Assembly: GCA_046292385.1 (NCBI GenBank)
Contig: JBKBRF010000004.1
Span: 245,212-309,211, forward strand
DNA: 64,000 nucleotides
Direction of reading: 5' to 3'
Source: Armatimonadota bacterium
GTDB taxonomy: Bacteria > Armatimonadota > SYMT01
A program made the translations under genes and the position numbers. The notes beneath the pieces are model-generated. The model worked only from the letters and a program-made list of their open reading frames with translations, did no database searches and was not told the DNA's origin. Numbering within the stretch: the stretch's first letter is position 1; each line of letters begins with the position of its first letter. This document shows, piece after piece, positions 61,227 through 64,000 of the stretch.

Positions 61227-63758
61227 GTGGTGATGAACGCGGCAGACGTTACGGTGCGAAGTCGATCGTTCAGATGGACGGCGTTCATCCAGCTGCTGAC
61301 GGTCGGCGCGCTGGCTTCGCTGGCATGCCAGGACGACTCCCAGGGCTTCACGACGCGCGCGGTCCCACACCAGTTGGAGGCCGCGGCGGACTTCTTCATT
61401 CCCAACCGCGGCCAGTTCGCGCCGGATTCCCACTTCTACTTCGGCGGGGCAAGCTACGGCCTCCACTTCGGCACGAGCAGCGTGCGACTCACGATGAGCC
61501 CCCCGAGCGCGCGGCCGACTGTGAGTCGCACGCCAGAGACTCGCCGCGCAGCTCAGGTGCGTGATCGGCAGCCCACGCGCGGCGATCGCCACGAAGTCCG
61601 AGTGAGCTTCCCCGGTTCTTCTCCCGTACGGCCGGTGGGGGGCGAGAAGGCGGATACCCGGGTCAGTTACTTTGGCTCGGGAAGTTCCACGGGCTCCAGC
61701 TCGACCGACCTCCCGACGTATCGCCAGATTATCTACCCCTCGCTGTGGCCGGGTATCGATCTGGTCTATCGGAGCCATTCGAACGGGCTCAAATACGACT
61801 TCGAGGTAACGCCGCACGCTGACGTGCGCCAGATTCGGCTCGCGTATCGGGGAGTCCGTGGGATCAGGCTGTTGGACGATGGCGACCTGGAGATCGATAC
61901 GCAGGCGGGGCCGATCCGCGACGAAGCGCCAGTCGCCTGGCAGTGGATCGGAGGAACGCGACGGCCGGTCGAGGTCCGCTATGTCATCGACGAGCTGGCG
62001 AACGTCGTCCGTTTCGAGGTGGGCAGGTACGATCGCAACGCTCCGCTGACGATCGATCCTGCCGTGGTGGTTTACAGCGGACTCGCACTTCCGTTTCGTT
62101 ACCTGGACGATATCGCGGTCGACGCCGTCGGTGCGGCATACGTCGTCGGTGGCGGAAACATGAACCCCGACATCTCGTCCGCGGACGTCTTGATCGCTAA
62201 GTTAAATCCCGATGGATCCGAGTTCGTTTACCTGTGTTGGATCGGTGGAAAGCTGGATGATTATGCCTCGGGAATCGCGGTGGACGGTGAGGGGTCTGCT
62301 TACGTCTGCGGAACGACGGCGTCGTGGCCGGAGGACGGGTTTCCGGTAGTAGTCGGACCCGATCTTTCGCCTGGCGGCAACAACGACGACGCTTTCGTTG
62401 CCAAGGTGAGCCCGGACGGAACGAGGCTGGAATACTGCGGGTACATCGCTGGTAGGGATTACGATACCGCCGTCGATGTTGCGGTTGACGGTCAAGGGCG
62501 AGCGTACGTCGCGGGGACTACCGATTCAGATCAGGCGAGCTTCCCCGTTCGAGTGGGGCCCAAGCGGCGGATCAATGGCGGAAGGCGGTGGAAGAGGTGG
62601 AGAAGGCCGTCAGATGCCTGGGTGGCGCGCGTAGCCGCAGACGGAACGAAGCTGGAGTACTGCGGGTACGTCGGAGGCGAGAGTCAGGACTATGCTCTTG
62701 CTCTCGCGATAGATCGTCTTGGTTGCTCTTATCTCGTTGGAGTGACGGAGTCTCTTCGCGCCTTTCCCCCGATCGGCGGAGTTCTCCCGCGTGGGAACCG
62801 GATTCCCACTCCCCGCTTTGCGGCGAAGATCTCGTCCAATGGCAAGTCGCTGGAGTACGCGAAGTCTCTGCATCTCAATGGAGCTTACCTTGACTCCGCG
62901 GCGGTTGACGGCTCCGGTGCGTTGTTCCTGGCAGGTGTCTCAGATCGCTTCACACGCCTCCGCGAGTCGCGGTATCACGGAGGGGAGTCCGACGGTCTCC
63001 TGGTGAAAATCGATCCTCGAGGCCGAGTGTTGGAGCTGGCCCGACACATCGGTGGAGCTGGCCACGACGTCATCACGGGCATCGCTCTGGATTCGGCAGG
63101 TGATCTCTACTTTTCGGGTATGACAGATTCCACCGTGAGCACCTTGTCGCTGCAGAACGGCCCGGGTCTGGTGCGTGGAGGGGGGAACGATATCTGGATC
63201 GGAAAGCTCGGTAACGGGGGTCGTACGGTTCGGTATGGTGGCGTCTTCGGTACTCAAGGATGGGATTTTGCGCGTAAGATCGCGGTCGACTCCGCTGGCA
63301 ACGCCTGTATCGTCGGTTCGACTCAGGGTGTGGGCTTCCCAGTTAGAGGCGGGCTGGGGAAGTATCCGGACATGGGCGAGTTGCGCTTCAACGGCGGGTA
63401 TCCATTCATTGCCAAGATCGGCTCGCTACCCCCGCCCGGTAAAGGTGGCGGTCGGCTCAGCGTCAGCCCACAAGAGCTTAGCTTCGGGTCGGTGCCGGTG
63501 GGCGAGCAAGCGCGAAGAGCCCTGTCCGTGACGAATAGCGGCTCCGGCCCGCTGATCGTGGATTTCCCGCGGACGCCACCGCCCTTCTCTCTGTCGAACG
63601 TGGGTCCGCACGATCTCGCTCCCGGGGAGTCGATCAGCGTTGAAGTGACGTACACCCCCCGTCACGCGGCCGAAGGCGGAATCGTGGGCGGCATGGCGAT
63701 CGTCAGCAGCGATGACCGGCAGCCGTTGGTGAACGTACTGCTGGAAGCGGACCCGTGA
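61227..63758 (+). CDS. SBBP-repeat beta-propeller surface protein with C-terminal Ig-like (ASPM/choice-of-anchor D type) domain
   Basis: FIPNRGQ...YPSLWPGIDL...KYDF...PLTIDP N-terminal domain; repeated IAVDG.G.AYV.G.T...DAFVAK; LSFGSV.VG...VTNSG.GPL. Confidence 0.85.
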   Translation: MVMNAADVTVRSRSFRWTAFIQLLTVGALASLACQDDSQGFTTRAVPHQLEAAADFFIPNRGQFAPDSHFYFGGASYGLHFGTSSVRLTMSPPSARPTVSRTPETRRAAQVRDRQPTRGDRHEVRVSFPGSSPVRPVGGEKADTRVSYFGSGSSTGSSSTDLPTYRQIIYPSLWPGIDLVYRSHSNGLKYDFEVTPHADVRQIRLAYRGVRGIRLLDDGDLEIDTQAGPIRDEAPVAWQWIGGTRRPVEVRYVIDELANVVRFEVGRYDRNAPLTIDPAVVVYSGLALPFRYLDDIAVDAVGAAYVVGGGNMNPDISSADVLIAKLNPDGSEFVYLCWIGGKLDDYASGIAVDGEGSAYVCGTTASWPEDGFPVVVGPDLSPGGNNDDAFVAKVSPDGTRLEYCGYIAGRDYDTAVDVAVDGQGRAYVAGTTDSDQASFPVRVGPKRRINGGRRWKRWRRPSDAWVARVAADGTKLEYCGYVGGESQDYALALAIDRLGCSYLVGVTESLRAFPPIGGVLPRGNRIPTPRFAAKISSNGKSLEYAKSLHLNGAYLDSAAVDGSGALFLAGVSDRFTRLRESRYHGGESDGLLVKIDPRGRVLELARHIGGAGHDVITGIALDSAGDLYFSGMTDSTVSTLSLQNGPGLVRGGGNDIWIGKLGNGGRTVRYGGVFGTQGWDFARKIAVDSAGNACIVGSTQGVGFPVRGGLGKYPDMGELRFNGGYPFIAKIGSLPPPGKGGGRLSVSPQELSFGSVPVGEQARRALSVTNSGSGPLIVDFPRTPPPFSLSNVGPHDLAPGESISVEVTYTPRHAAEGGIVGGMAIVSSDDRQPLVNVLLEADP

Positions 63759-64000
63759 TAGAGACGCCAGGCTGGGTGCGATGCAGATTTCGGGCAGCCC
63801 CAAACCGTGAGGACGGCGAGGTGCACCCGACCGCCTGATGACGAGGGTCCGACGTCCACGCAGGCCGAAGGACCTGGAATGCGGGAGCTTGTGTCACACG
63901 CTGTAAAGTTACGCCGCTGGTGGCGCAGGAAGGTTTTGCCGCATCGCTCGCTTGCGCGAAGGAGGCCGGGGATGCGCTACCTGCAGGCCCACGATCCGCT

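Noticed and set aside
63830..63885. CTGATGA resembling a hammerhead ribozyme core
   Set aside because: No correctly placed GAAA or consistent three-stem arrangement could be built.

Overview
High-GC bacterial chromosomal window, probably Armatimonadota. That assignment is an inference from the [24 protein letters not shown] prepilin/DUF1559-like gene and the Planctomycete-type DUF1553/DUF1501/DUF1592 genes. In order, the window holds: (1) an isc Fe-S assembly operon (iscS-iscU-iscA-hscB-hscA) headed by a Cys-tailed MarR protein instead of IscR and interrupted by a polysaccharide deacetylase; (2) two tandem pseudopilin-like paralogs; (3) an ECF sigma/zinc anti-sigma pair convergent with TPR and site-2 protease genes; (4) sugar isomerase, oxidoreductase, DoxX and cell-wall hydrolase genes; (5) tmRNA, a prepilin-like gene and a large surface protein; (6) sahR-ahcY and an RRM gene with a long structured leader; (7) an 807-aa secreted TPR/thioredoxin protein that the ORF track splits at an in-frame UGA, which reads as a UxxC selenoprotein with a SECIS-like hairpin (strongest finding); (8) a PIN toxin-antitoxin pair, lepA and tRNA-His; (9) a secreted tandem chorismate mutase with reciprocally degenerate active sites, divergent from an aromatic amino acid-type ABC transporter; (10) a 16-kb heme-c DUF1553/DUF1501/DUF1592 cluster with phoD; (11) an SBBP-repeat surface protein of atypical composition. 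Intergenic regions carry many REP-like palindromes and inverted short-tandem-repeat cassettes, and similar repeats form an in-frame insertion inside one coding gene. No CRISPR array, integrase, transposase or rRNA was seen. All family calls are by motif recognition; no database searches were run.
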